Positions 49,101-56,985 of a stretch of 64,000 nt of DNA are shown piece after piece. The position numbers and the translations under genes are program-made. The first letter of the stretch is position 1. The number at the start of each line of letters is the position of its first letter. The stretch is from Bacteroidia bacterium (lineage in GTDB: Bacteria > Bacteroidota > Bacteroidia > UKL13-3): the NCBI GenBank assembly GCA_051861545.1, contig JBIMKP010000001.1, positions 96,820-160,819 of the forward strand. Direction: 5' to 3'. Under the pieces are notes generated by a model. The model worked only from the letters and a program-made list of their open reading frames with translations. It had not been told where the DNA came from and did no database searches.

Positions 49101-51053
49101 ACAACTACAAGGTATTTCTTAACTGCAAATAATGGACTTTGTACAAGATATGACACAGTTGATATTAATGTAACCAAGGTATTGTTAGACCCGATTCGAG
49201 ACACAACCATGTGTTTAGATGATAGTGTACAAATTTCCATCAATACAACAGGTATACTAAGTTACTTGCCAATTACAGGCATTAGCGATACTACTGTAAG
49301 CAATCCATTTGTTAAAGTAGCAGCAAATACAACTTATATTGTTACCTCAACTTTATTTGGTTGTTCTGTTAGAGATACCTTTGAAGCCAATACCTCACAA
49401 CTAAATTTAGATGCTGGACCAGATAGAGAAATTTGCATTTTTGATTCAATTCAATTAAACGCTGTTGCAAGTGTTGGTGCTGATTATAGATGGTCTCCAA
49501 ATTATTTTATTGAAGATACAGCCCTTTCAAATCCTTGGGTTAGCCCACAAATAACAACAGTATATTATTTAAAGTCACAAAATGGATACTGCACAAAATA
49601 CGATAGTGCAATTGTGATTGTAAATCGTCCGATTGCCAATGCTGGTTCAGACAAAACAATGTGTCTTGGAGATACCATTCGTTTTAATGGAACTTCAAAT
49701 GGAATTACAACTTGGACACCAAATACTGGAATTTTAGATACTGGTGCAATAGCTAGACTGACTCCATTAGTTACAACTGATTATATCATGACTGTTACTC
49801 AAGGAATTTGTTCTGCTAAAGATACAGTTAAAGTTGATGTTTTAAATTTAACTGTTGATGCAGGTACAAATCAAAAAATATGTTTAGGAGACTCTGCTCA
49901 ATTAACTGCTACTGGTGCTTTGAAATATAATTGGCTACCTCTATATGCTATTAATGATACAGGAATTGCTAATCCAAAAGTTGCTCCAATTGTTAAAACA
50001 ACATATTATGCAATTGTAACAAATGGTTATTGTTTTAGGTTCGATTCAGTAGAGGTTGATGTACAATCGGTAAGTGCACAAGCTGGTTTAGATACCTCTG
50101 TTTGTGAGGGAGAATCGGTAAGGTTAAATGCAAGTGGAGGAACTAACTATGTATGGACACCTACAACAGGTGCAGATAATCCGAATATAGCTAATCCAAT
50201 AATTACTCCTATAAGTTCAGGAACCTGGATAGTTAAAGTAAGTGATGCATTAGGTTGCTCTGATTTTGATTCATTAGATATAAAAATTCATGCTTACCCA
50301 ACAATTGATGCAGGTCCTGACTTGAAACATTGCCCAGATGATATTGTTCAAATCAATGCAACAGGAAAAGATTATACATCTATTATTTGGACTCCAGCAA
50401 CAGGTTTAAATGATAGATTAAGTTTAACTCCTTTTGCATCAGTATCAACTAATACAAGTTATATTTTAACAGCTAGAAATTACCAATGTACAAAATATGA
50501 CACTGTTGAAGTAACATTACCTCCACCAATCTCAGCTGCGTTTGATTTAACTCCAAACCAAGGAAATGCGCCACTATTGGTTCAATTTACAAACAATAGC
50601 TTAAATGCACATTTTTATACCTGGACATTTGGTCCGGCCGGTGCAAGTTCAAGTTTAAAAGACCCTTCTTATACTTACAACGAAAAAGGAATATTCACTG
50701 TAAAACTAACAGTTGAAGATAGCACAGGTTGTATTGATACAGCCTCAAAAATTGTAAATGTTGATATTACAGCAACCCTTTTTGCACCAAATGCATTTAC
50801 ACCTAATAACGATGGAGATAATGATGTATTTGCATTTACTTATCCTGCTTCTGAATTTGAATTCCTTGAATACAAAGTTTACAATAGATGGGGAGTAGAG
50901 ATATTTTCAACTAGAATGCCAGGTGGACAATGGTGGAATGGTACTGATGGAACTAATCCTGCTCCTTCTGATACTTATGCTTATGTAATGAGTGCCAAAG
51001 ACAAATATGGCAAAAAATACAAACTAACAGGAAGTATATTCCTAATTAGATAA
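46116..51053 (+). CDS. T9SS type-B-CTD cargo: SBBP beta-propeller + internal LamG domain + about 8 Cys repeats + PKD-like module + CTD
   Basis: Signal peptide ...KQLNA|QT. SBBP-like repeats (VVKIGGPYQDGG.FNNLGIAVDSLGNIFASG...). Internal LamG block CYPFNGNANDESGNGNNGTVTGATLTADRFGVANRAYLFNG...GVIDEVKIWNRALSGAEIFKLYS. Repeats M/ICxGDS...W.P...NP...P..TT.Y. The CTD is APNAFTPNNDGDNDVFAF...VYNRWGVEIFST...WWNGTDG...YAYVMSAKDKYGKKYKLTGSIFLIR. Confidence 0.8.
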   Translation: MKIKLLRLIFAFVFLVGLGSKQLNAQTYSWAVKAAGTGADHTRGITTDAQQNVYHYFYYTGSVTIDSAGTPITITSNGGKDLAIVKYNCNKQFQWVVKIGGPYQDGGDFNNLGIAVDSLGNIFASGSYRVQLFVTSSNGSTITRGATGPVSVIDNMFILKMTNSGIVQWVNTGISNGDDEGAGLCVDRAGDVYVTGFHSNNALFTSTSGTTNATLTSLGSTDIFIVKYSTLGEILISNRGGGNFQDLGASIDVDSSSNIYVAGQFGSGGSGIVTLGNVISNTGGWGAFVAKADANGTWIWANSMGQAASEGYSNVKVDDLNDRVYVTGHYNGNSQVTSRPGGTFVNVTTNGQFDAIIVCMNLDGANQWVRTMGSVSNEFGYGLTLDANLNVMFSGEFSGTISLGALSIASSGNSSGYMARISRLNVPLNLYKIGTTSPGFRAASVLHTGSSGKVYVGGYYISSPVYFSNDTLVGAGGEDAFLAKINENDTTFLRSTATTIQCTGDTSFLYIPNKDFGTFRWLRNDTLITITTDNRFKTNISGTYRVVSVSPCEPNDTSIAITVNKLTTFVTPRLGDKTICRSDSAQLGGNTAYNYTWTPSAGLRDSMAASPWALPNTNTTYFATINFQGCTSRDTLVVSVNQNCCITCSTPYDINQGLIACYPFNGNANDESGNGNNGTVTGATLTADRFGVANRAYLFNGFNNFINVPNSPSLASPTNEVTIAFWGRINGFYTFNPGTIFASAVTKGSSTTNYQYRFAVKNNGILSFNNNRQWNFTVGTNTALATWYHFAVTMKDTLMIYYRNGLPVGSSTVTSSYTSARNENLRIGRGNPTNAADQYNGVIDEVKIWNRALSGAEIFKLYSLSSINGLPTVNAGLDKNMCKDDSVFINATGTGIANFLWTPNRSLMTDSTALIIRTWPADTTTFILRADVSGCKNYDTMNVNVIDFKPEAGLPQNICFGDSTQLNASSALLHQWSPNLYISNVNISDPWVKPDTTTRYFLTANNGLCTRYDTVDINVTKVLLDPIRDTTMCLDDSVQISINTTGILSYLPITGISDTTVSNPFVKVAANTTYIVTSTLFGCSVRDTFEANTSQLNLDAGPDREICIFDSIQLNAVASVGADYRWSPNYFIEDTALSNPWVSPQITTVYYLKSQNGYCTKYDSAIVIVNRPIANAGSDKTMCLGDTIRFNGTSNGITTWTPNTGILDTGAIARLTPLVTTDYIMTVTQGICSAKDTVKVDVLNLTVDAGTNQKICLGDSAQLTATGALKYNWLPLYAINDTGIANPKVAPIVKTTYYAIVTNGYCFRFDSVEVDVQSVSAQAGLDTSVCEGESVRLNASGGTNYVWTPTTGADNPNIANPIITPISSGTWIVKVSDALGCSDFDSLDIKIHAYPTIDAGPDLKHCPDDIVQINATGKDYTSIIWTPATGLNDRLSLTPFASVSTNTSYILTARNYQCTKYDTVEVTLPPPISAAFDLTPNQGNAPLLVQFTNNSLNAHFYTWTFGPAGASSSLKDPSYTYNEKGIFTVKLTVEDSTGCIDTASKIVNVDITATLFAPNAFTPNNDGDNDVFAFTYPASEFEFLEYKVYNRWGVEIFSTRMPGGQWWNGTDGTNPAPSDTYAYVMSAKDKYGKKYKLTGSIFLIR
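48720..50540 (+). repeat. In-frame tandem two-Cys repeat array inside the 1645-aa cargo gene
   Basis: About 8 units (MCKDDSVFINATG..., ICFGDSTQLNAS..., MCLDDSVQISIN..., ICIFDSIQLNAV..., MCLGDTIRFNGT..., ICLGDSAQLTAT..., VCEGESVRLNAS..., HCPDDIVQINAT...). Confidence 0.45.
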
Positions 51054-51055
51054 AC

Positions 51056-51086
51056 TAAAAAATCCCGCAATTGCGGGATTTTTTTT
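51056..51086 (+). terminator. Rho-independent terminator after the adhesin gene block
   Basis: aaaaaATCCCGCAATTGCGGGATtttttttg: a perfect 10-bp GC-containing palindrome plus a T8 run. Confidence 0.7.
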
Positions 51087-51186
51087 GCATAGAATGGTGG
51101 AAATCAATAACTGAACAAAATCAAGAATTTTTATTCGTTCTCTCCAATTCATTCTCGTAATTTAGCAGCGCAAAAATTAAAACCAT

Positions 51187-52581
51187 ATGTCATTCAGAAC
51201 AGAACATGATACCATGGGCGAGGTACAAGTACCTGCCGACAAGTATTGGGGAGCGCAAACAGAACGCTCAAGAAATAATTTTAAAATTGGCCCTGAAGCC
51301 AGTATGCCAAAAGAAATTATTTATGCATTTGCATACCTAAAAAAAGCTGCTGCTCATGCAAACATGGATTTGGGAGTATTAAGCAAAGAAAAATGCGATT
51401 TAATTAGCAAGGTTTGCGAAGAAATTTTAACTGGTACCCTAGATGGAGAATTTCCATTAGTTATTTGGCAAACTGGTTCAGGTACCCAGAGTAATATGAA
51501 CGTAAATGAAGTTGTTGCCTACCGCGCTCATGTATTAAGTGGTGGTTCTTTAAATGATGAGAAAAAAGTTTTACACCCGAATGATGATGTAAATAAATCT
51601 CAATCGAGCAACGACACCTACCCTACTGCTATGCACATTGCTGCCTACAAATTGGTAGTTGAAAATACAATTCCAGGAATAAAATTATTGAGAGACACTT
51701 TTGCTGCAAAATCAGAAGAATTTAAAACCATTGTTAAAACAGGTAGAACCCATTTTATGGACGCAACTCCTTTAACTTTAGGACAAGAATTTTCTGCATA
51801 TACACAACAATTAGATAATGGAATACGTGCTTTAAAATCTGCACTAGAAATGGTGAAAGAACTTGCACTAGGCGGAACTGCAGTTGGTACCGGATTAAAT
51901 GCTCCAAAAGGTTATGATGTTTTAGTTGCAGCTAAAATTGCTGAATTCACAGGTTTACCATTTGTAACTGCTCCAAACAAATTCGAAGCTCTTGCAGCTC
52001 ATGACGCGATGGTTGAGTTAAGCGGTGCACTTAAGAGAGTTGCTGTTAGCATGATGAAAATAGCAAATGATATCAGAATGTTATCATCGGGACCAAGAAG
52101 TGGTATTGGTGAAATCATTATTCCTGATAACGAACCTGGTTCATCTATTATGCCTGGTAAGGTAAACCCAACACAACCAGAAGCAATGACAATGGTAGCA
52201 GCGCAAGTTATGGGAAATGATGTTGCAGTTGGAATTGGCGGAAGTAATGGCCATTTTGAACTAAATGTATTCAAACCTCTTATTGCGGCTAACGTATTAC
52301 AAAGCGCAAGATTAATAGGTGATGTTTGCGTTTCATTTAACAATAATTGTGCTGTTGGTATTAAAGCAAATCATGAAATAATTAATAGACATTTAGAAAA
52401 TTCATTGATGCTTGTTACCGCTTTAAATACGCATATTGGCTATGAAAATGCAGCTAAAATTGCTAAAAAAGCTCATAAAGAAAACAAAACTTTAAGAGAA
52501 GCCTCAATTGAATTGGGTTTGGTAACAAACGAACAATTCGACCAATGGGTTATTCCTGCCAATATGGTTGGAAATTTATAA
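51187..52581 (+). CDS. fumC: Class II fumarate hydratase
   Basis: [13 protein letters not shown] is the fumarase/aspartase family signature. [16 protein letters not shown] and the overall 464-aa length fit FumC. Confidence 0.9.
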   Translation: MSFRTEHDTMGEVQVPADKYWGAQTERSRNNFKIGPEASMPKEIIYAFAYLKKAAAHANMDLGVLSKEKCDLISKVCEEILTGTLDGEFPLVIWQTGSGTQSNMNVNEVVAYRAHVLSGGSLNDEKKVLHPNDDVNKSQSSNDTYPTAMHIAAYKLVVENTIPGIKLLRDTFAAKSEEFKTIVKTGRTHFMDATPLTLGQEFSAYTQQLDNGIRALKSALEMVKELALGGTAVGTGLNAPKGYDVLVAAKIAEFTGLPFVTAPNKFEALAAHDAMVELSGALKRVAVSMMKIANDIRMLSSGPRSGIGEIIIPDNEPGSSIMPGKVNPTQPEAMTMVAAQVMGNDVAVGIGGSNGHFELNVFKPLIAANVLQSARLIGDVCVSFNNNCAVGIKANHEIINRHLENSLMLVTALNTHIGYENAAKIAKKAHKENKTLREASIELGLVTNEQFDQWVIPANMVGNL

Positions 52582-52596
52582 TTTGAATCAATTTTT

Positions 52597-52632
52597 CTAA
52601 AGGCTGATGAGATTAAAATTCATCAGCCTTTT
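52597..52632. terminator. Bidirectional terminator between fumC and the response-regulator gene (overlaps the last codons of the latter)
   Basis: AAAGGCTGATGAGattaaaattCATCAGCCTTTtttt: a 13-bp stem with a T-run on the plus side. Confidence 0.5.
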
Positions 52633-53326
52633 TTTGTGAATGAATGAGTAATTTAAAACCTGATCCATGATGATTCATTAATTCGATATTCTTGTCTAAA
52701 CTCAAATATTTTCGCAATTTAGATATAAATACATCCATGCTTCTGCCAGTAAAATAATCATTTGTTCCCCAAATTTTCTTTAATAAGTCTTCCCTTTTTA
52801 CCAACTGATTCATGTGAACACAAAGCTCCTTTAATAAATCAGCTTCTTTTTGAGTTAAGGATTTAATTTGTTGCTTATGCACCAACTCAAGCTTTAAAAA
52901 ATCGAAAATATATTCACCAATTTCAAAGCTTGTTATATTTAAAATTTCAGAAAAAACAGATTTACGTTTTACAAAAACTTTAATTCTAAACAACAATTCC
53001 TCTAAACTAAAAGGCTTAACTAAATAATCATCCCCACCTACTCTAAAACCGCTAAGTTTATCTTCTTTCATACCTTTTGCAGTAAGAAAGATGATGGGAA
53101 TATCTTGGTTTGATTTTCGTATTTGTTCTGCCAAAGAAAAACCATCCATTAAAGGCATCATAACATCTAATAAACAAATATCAAATCTTTGTTTATGAAA
53201 AATATCAAGGGCTCTTTTACCATTCTCACAAAGCACAACTTCATAGTCATTCTCTTGTAAGTTATCTTGAATGACAAAACCCAAATTAGAGTCATCTTCT
53301 GCCAATAAAATCCTGGTTTTATTCAT
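52613..53326 (-). CDS. OmpR-family response regulator (REC + winged-helix)
   Basis: ILLAEDDSNLGFVIQDNLQENDYEVVLCENGKRALD...DICLLDVMMPLMDGF...IIFLTAKG gives the receiver domain. The C-terminus LTQKEADLLKEL...VSKLRKYL is a winged-helix DNA-binding domain. Its start abuts the upstream kinase gene (53326). Confidence 0.8.
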   Translation of the reverse strand: MNKTRILLAEDDSNLGFVIQDNLQENDYEVVLCENGKRALDIFHKQRFDICLLDVMMPLMDGFSLAEQIRKSNQDIPIIFLTAKGMKEDKLSGFRVGGDDYLVKPFSLEELLFRIKVFVKRKSVFSEILNITSFEIGEYIFDFLKLELVHKQQIKSLTQKEADLLKELCVHMNQLVKREDLLKKIWGTNDYFTGRSMDVFISKLRKYLSLDKNIELMNHHGSGFKLLIHSQKKADEF

Positions 53327-54576
53327 TATTCAATTACCTTAATTTTAATAAAAAATGAACTCCCAATTCCTACTTTACTTTTCACTTCAATTTTAGCCTT
53401 ATGCGCCAGAATTACGCGTTTTACATAACTCAAACCAATTCCAAAACCCTTTACATTATGAATATTTCCAGTTGGAATTCTATAAAATTTATCAAAAATT
53501 CTTTTTAAAAATTCAGCTTCCATCCCTATGCCATTATCCTGTATTTCTAGTAGTAAAAAACTAGACAGTGGATTACTGGTTTTAATGGTAATTTTTGAAT
53601 TTCCTTGGCTATACTTTTTTGCATTATCTAAAAGATTCTGCATTGATTGGTAAAAATGAAATGTATCAATTAAAACGACTGATTTTTTGGCATTTAACTC
53701 TAAATACAAATCGCATTTTACCTCATCTTCCGTTTTACAAAAGTCAGCAAAATGAGTCTTTATGAATTCATGTAATTCAACCCTTTCAAGATTTACTTTA
53801 AACTTGTCGCCAGCAAATGATAATACCCTATCTAATTGCCCCTTTAATTTTTCTGACTCATGAGATATAATTTGCAAATATTTCAATTCACGTTCTTGCT
53901 TCATTGAACTTTGGTTTTGCTGTAAAATACTTTTAACAGATAAAGAAATTGTAGTTAGAGGCGTTCTTATTTCATGGGCCATGTTATTAATAAAATCTCT
54001 TTGCACCTCAGCAAAACGTTTTTGTTTAAGAATCACAAATAATCCATAAGCAAAAAATAAACTAACTAGTAAAACAGCTAATGATGAAAACAACCAGATA
54101 CCCATTTCGCTAATTAAATTTCCTGAATGATTTGGAAAGTAAATTGTGAAATAATAATTACTAGGCAAACCTTCAACTGCGCTTAAATACTTCAATTGTT
54201 TTACAACTGTTCCGCCAAATACAGGTTCTTTTGAGGAACAATCATATGAAGCATATTCGTATGGCTCTTGAATTCTATATTTTAAAAAAGACAATTCTAG
54301 ATAATGTTCTAAAACCTCAATTTGAATAGGTTCATTAACATTTACAACAAAAAGCTTTTCATTAACTTGGTTAACACTATTTAATGAACCATTCTTACTT
54401 CCATTATAAACTTGCAATCCTAATACAACTTCTTGTAAAGAAAGATCCACTTGTTTGTTAAACTCAGCTTGTTTATGTTGAAATGCTTTCTTAAACCAAA
54501 ATACTTGTGTAATAATGATTCCAGAAATTGAAATCACCGCTAGCACAACAAAAATTCTAATGGTTAAAGTACTCAT
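53326..54576 (-). CDS. Sensor histidine kinase (two TM segments, HisKA + HATPase_c)
   Basis: H-box NMAHEIRTPLTTI. N/G-boxes LLDNAKKYS and GFGIGLSYVKRVI. Two hydrophobic segments flank a ~150-aa periplasmic loop. Confidence 0.8.
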   Translation of the reverse strand: MSTLTIRIFVVLAVISISGIIITQVFWFKKAFQHKQAEFNKQVDLSLQEVVLGLQVYNGSKNGSLNSVNQVNEKLFVVNVNEPIQIEVLEHYLELSFLKYRIQEPYEYASYDCSSKEPVFGGTVVKQLKYLSAVEGLPSNYYFTIYFPNHSGNLISEMGIWLFSSLAVLLVSLFFAYGLFVILKQKRFAEVQRDFINNMAHEIRTPLTTISLSVKSILQQNQSSMKQERELKYLQIISHESEKLKGQLDRVLSFAGDKFKVNLERVELHEFIKTHFADFCKTEDEVKCDLYLELNAKKSVVLIDTFHFYQSMQNLLDNAKKYSQGNSKITIKTSNPLSSFLLLEIQDNGIGMEAEFLKRIFDKFYRIPTGNIHNVKGFGIGLSYVKRVILAHKAKIEVKSKVGIGSSFFIKIKVIE

Positions 54577-54714
54577 AGCTTAACAAATGTATCATTTGAA
54601 CTTAAAAAGCTCATAGAATAAATGGCCTTTAACATATCATTAACAATATTTGGCAAATCCTTAACTAAACAGTGTATGTAAGAATATCACCTTTGATGGG
54701 TAATAAAAAACAAA

Positions 54715-55131
54715 ATGAAAAATCTTTTTACACTAGTAATGTTGCTTATTGGCGGGATGCTAATGGCACAAAACAATGAAATCACTTCAAACAAAACAAA
54801 CAATTTGAAACCTGAAATTAGTTGGGTTAAAACTAAACATGATTTTGGCAAAATTCCACAAGGAAAACCTGTTACTATAACTTATGAATTTACAAATACT
54901 GGAAATGGACCATTAATTATTGCATCAGTAAATCCATCATGTGGCTGCACTACAAACGATTTTACTAAAAGTTCAATTGCTCCTGGCAAAAAAGGATTTA
55001 TCACTTTAACCTATAATGCTGTAGCAGTTGGAAATTTTACAAAGAGTGCAACAGTAAATACCAATGCAGATCCAGGCCAAATAATTCTATATTTTAATGG
55101 TGAAGTTATTGAAGAAACTGCATCGAAATAG
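54715..55131 (+). CDS. DUF1573 domain protein (secreted)
   Basis: Signal peptide ...GGMLMA|QN. VNPSCGCTT matches the conserved Cys-Gly-Cys core of DUF1573, which is common in T9SS-encoding Bacteroidetes. Confidence 0.6.
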   Translation: MKNLFTLVMLLIGGMLMAQNNEITSNKTNNLKPEISWVKTKHDFGKIPQGKPVTITYEFTNTGNGPLIIASVNPSCGCTTNDFTKSSIAPGKKGFITLTYNAVAVGNFTKSATVNTNADPGQIILYFNGEVIEETASK

Positions 55132-55210
55132 TCGGCAAAGAAGCTAATTTCAAGAAAGAAGTTTGCATAAGCCTGTCCAAATTCATTATATTGGGCAGGC
55201 TTTATAAATA

Positions 55211-55870
55211 ATGGACTGGATAGGCGTAATATCAAAAGGAATAATAACCGGACTAATACTGACTCTCTCTTTTGGAGCAGGATTTTTTGCATTGGTTCAA
55301 ACCAGCATATCAAGAGGAACCAACAAGGGAATTTTGATTGCAGTTGGTGCTGTAATAAGTGATGCACTTTATATTTTCATGGCCATGTTCGCCACTTCCT
55401 TTATTAGCGAGGAACTTCCTAAATACGATAAATGGATTCGTATTGCAGCACTTGTATCCTTTATATTTATAGGTATTCGAACGATAATTAAATCGAGTAA
55501 AGTTTTACAAACAGGTGATATTGGCGAAAAACCTAATTACTACTTCATTAGTAAAGGCTTTTTATTGAATAAACTCAATCCTATGATTTTGATTACATGG
55601 ATTGGAATTACTGCTTATTTAAGATCATCATTATTGTATGATTTACCGCATCTAATTGTTTTCTTTTTGGCTGTTATGACAAGCGTATTTGCTACTCAGG
55701 CTGGCATTTGTTATTCATCAAACAAAATAAAAAAATGGCTCTCAGAACAGTTTATACACAGGATGAATATTTTGATTGGAATATTGTTCATAGGGCTGGG
55801 ACTCTTGATATTCATTTCTGGAGGAAGCACTGAAGAAGGAATTGAAAAGGCAAAAGACCTCCTAAACTAG
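55211..55870 (+). CDS. LysE/RhtB-type amino-acid exporter family membrane protein
   Basis: ~220 aa, 6 predicted TM helices. N-terminal GIITGLILTLSFGAGFFALVQTSISRG resembles the LysE translocator family. Confidence 0.5.
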   Translation: MDWIGVISKGIITGLILTLSFGAGFFALVQTSISRGTNKGILIAVGAVISDALYIFMAMFATSFISEELPKYDKWIRIAALVSFIFIGIRTIIKSSKVLQTGDIGEKPNYYFISKGFLLNKLNPMILITWIGITAYLRSSLLYDLPHLIVFFLAVMTSVFATQAGICYSSNKIKKWLSEQFIHRMNILIGILFIGLGLLIFISGGSTEEGIEKAKDLLN

Positions 55871-55957
55871 AATTTTAAGGAAATCTAAGGTTTGCCAAAT
55901 CAGTGAGAATGTTTAATTTGTGAGGTCTACAAAAATTGACCATATAATTTTCATCAA

Positions 55958-56947
55958 ATGAATAAAAATTTACTGCTTTTAATATTGTGTTTTTCTATTT
56001 TTCAAATTAAGGCACAACGCGCTTTAACAATTGAAGAAGGTTTAAAATTAGGAAATGTTAGCACAATCGGTTTTGTAAAGGAAACAAACAAAGATATTGA
56101 TGACATCTTTTTAAATACTGGTTATAACCATGTTTGGGATTTCACTAAGGAAAATTGGAATTCTCCAATGGTGAACTATGGATTTAGGTATTCTTTTCTT
56201 AGCGATATTACAGCTATGCATTATACTTGGATGAATGAATACTGCGAAACTCCAATTCCAAGAAATTTTTTCTATACCTACAATGCTGCAAGGGATACCG
56301 TATTTCTTGATGGATACATGGATGGAATTCATCTGATGAAATACCCTCAAAGAGTTCCTTATTTAACTTATCCAATGAATTTTGGCGATACTGTAGTTCA
56401 CTATACCCCACAAAAACAGAATTCTACAAATCCATTTTTACCAATTGGCAAGGTATACTCAGTAACTTTTTATGATGGATTTGGTACTTTAAAAACACCA
56501 ACTCATACATTTGATAGCGTTTTTAGAATTACTAGAGTTCAATTTGACAGCATTTATTTGGGTCCGATTTTACTAGACAATCCTGGATTTGTTGAAATTT
56601 TTTGGGTTCAAGCCAATGTTGGATTACCTATTTTAAGATTTGTTGGGCTAGAGGATGGTTACATGGTATATTATTCTGATACGCTAGGTAATACTTTAGG
56701 AATAGACAAAAACGATTTAAACAGAAATGTTCAGGTTTATCCTAATCCATTTAAAGATGAAATTCAAGTTGAACTTAATGGATACCAAATCAGCAAATTA
56801 AGTATGAGTGATATGAATGGCAAATTGATTTTAGAACAAATAGGAAGTCAATCAAACATAGAAACATCACATCTACCTGAAGGAATGTATTTGTTAGAAA
56901 TTGAAATTACTAGCGGGGAACGAGTTTACCGAAAAGTAGTTAAATAG
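55958..56947 (+). CDS. T9SS type-A-CTD (Por_Secre_tail) secreted protein
   Basis: Signal peptide ...FQIKA|QR. The C-terminal ~80 aa VQVYPNPFKDEIQVELNGYQISKLSMSDMNGKLILEQ...GMYLLEIEITSGERVYRKVVK matches the type-A sorting domain (TIGR04183: YPNP..., ...G.Y......, ...K(V/L).K). Confidence 0.7.
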   Translation: MNKNLLLLILCFSIFQIKAQRALTIEEGLKLGNVSTIGFVKETNKDIDDIFLNTGYNHVWDFTKENWNSPMVNYGFRYSFLSDITAMHYTWMNEYCETPIPRNFFYTYNAARDTVFLDGYMDGIHLMKYPQRVPYLTYPMNFGDTVVHYTPQKQNSTNPFLPIGKVYSVTFYDGFGTLKTPTHTFDSVFRITRVQFDSIYLGPILLDNPGFVEIFWVQANVGLPILRFVGLEDGYMVYYSDTLGNTLGIDKNDLNRNVQVYPNPFKDEIQVELNGYQISKLSMSDMNGKLILEQIGSQSNIETSHLPEGMYLLEIEITSGERVYRKVVK

Positions 56948-56977
56948 GGCCCGCTGAAAAAGATTTTCAGCAGGCCC
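56947..56977. terminator. GC-rich hairpin between convergent genes 55958-56947 (+) and 56986-58005 (-)
   Basis: GGGCCCGCTGAAAAagaTTTTCAGCAGGCCC: a 14-bp stem with 1 mismatch. The flanking T-runs are weak. Confidence 0.4.
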
Positions 56978-56985
56978 TAAAAAGT

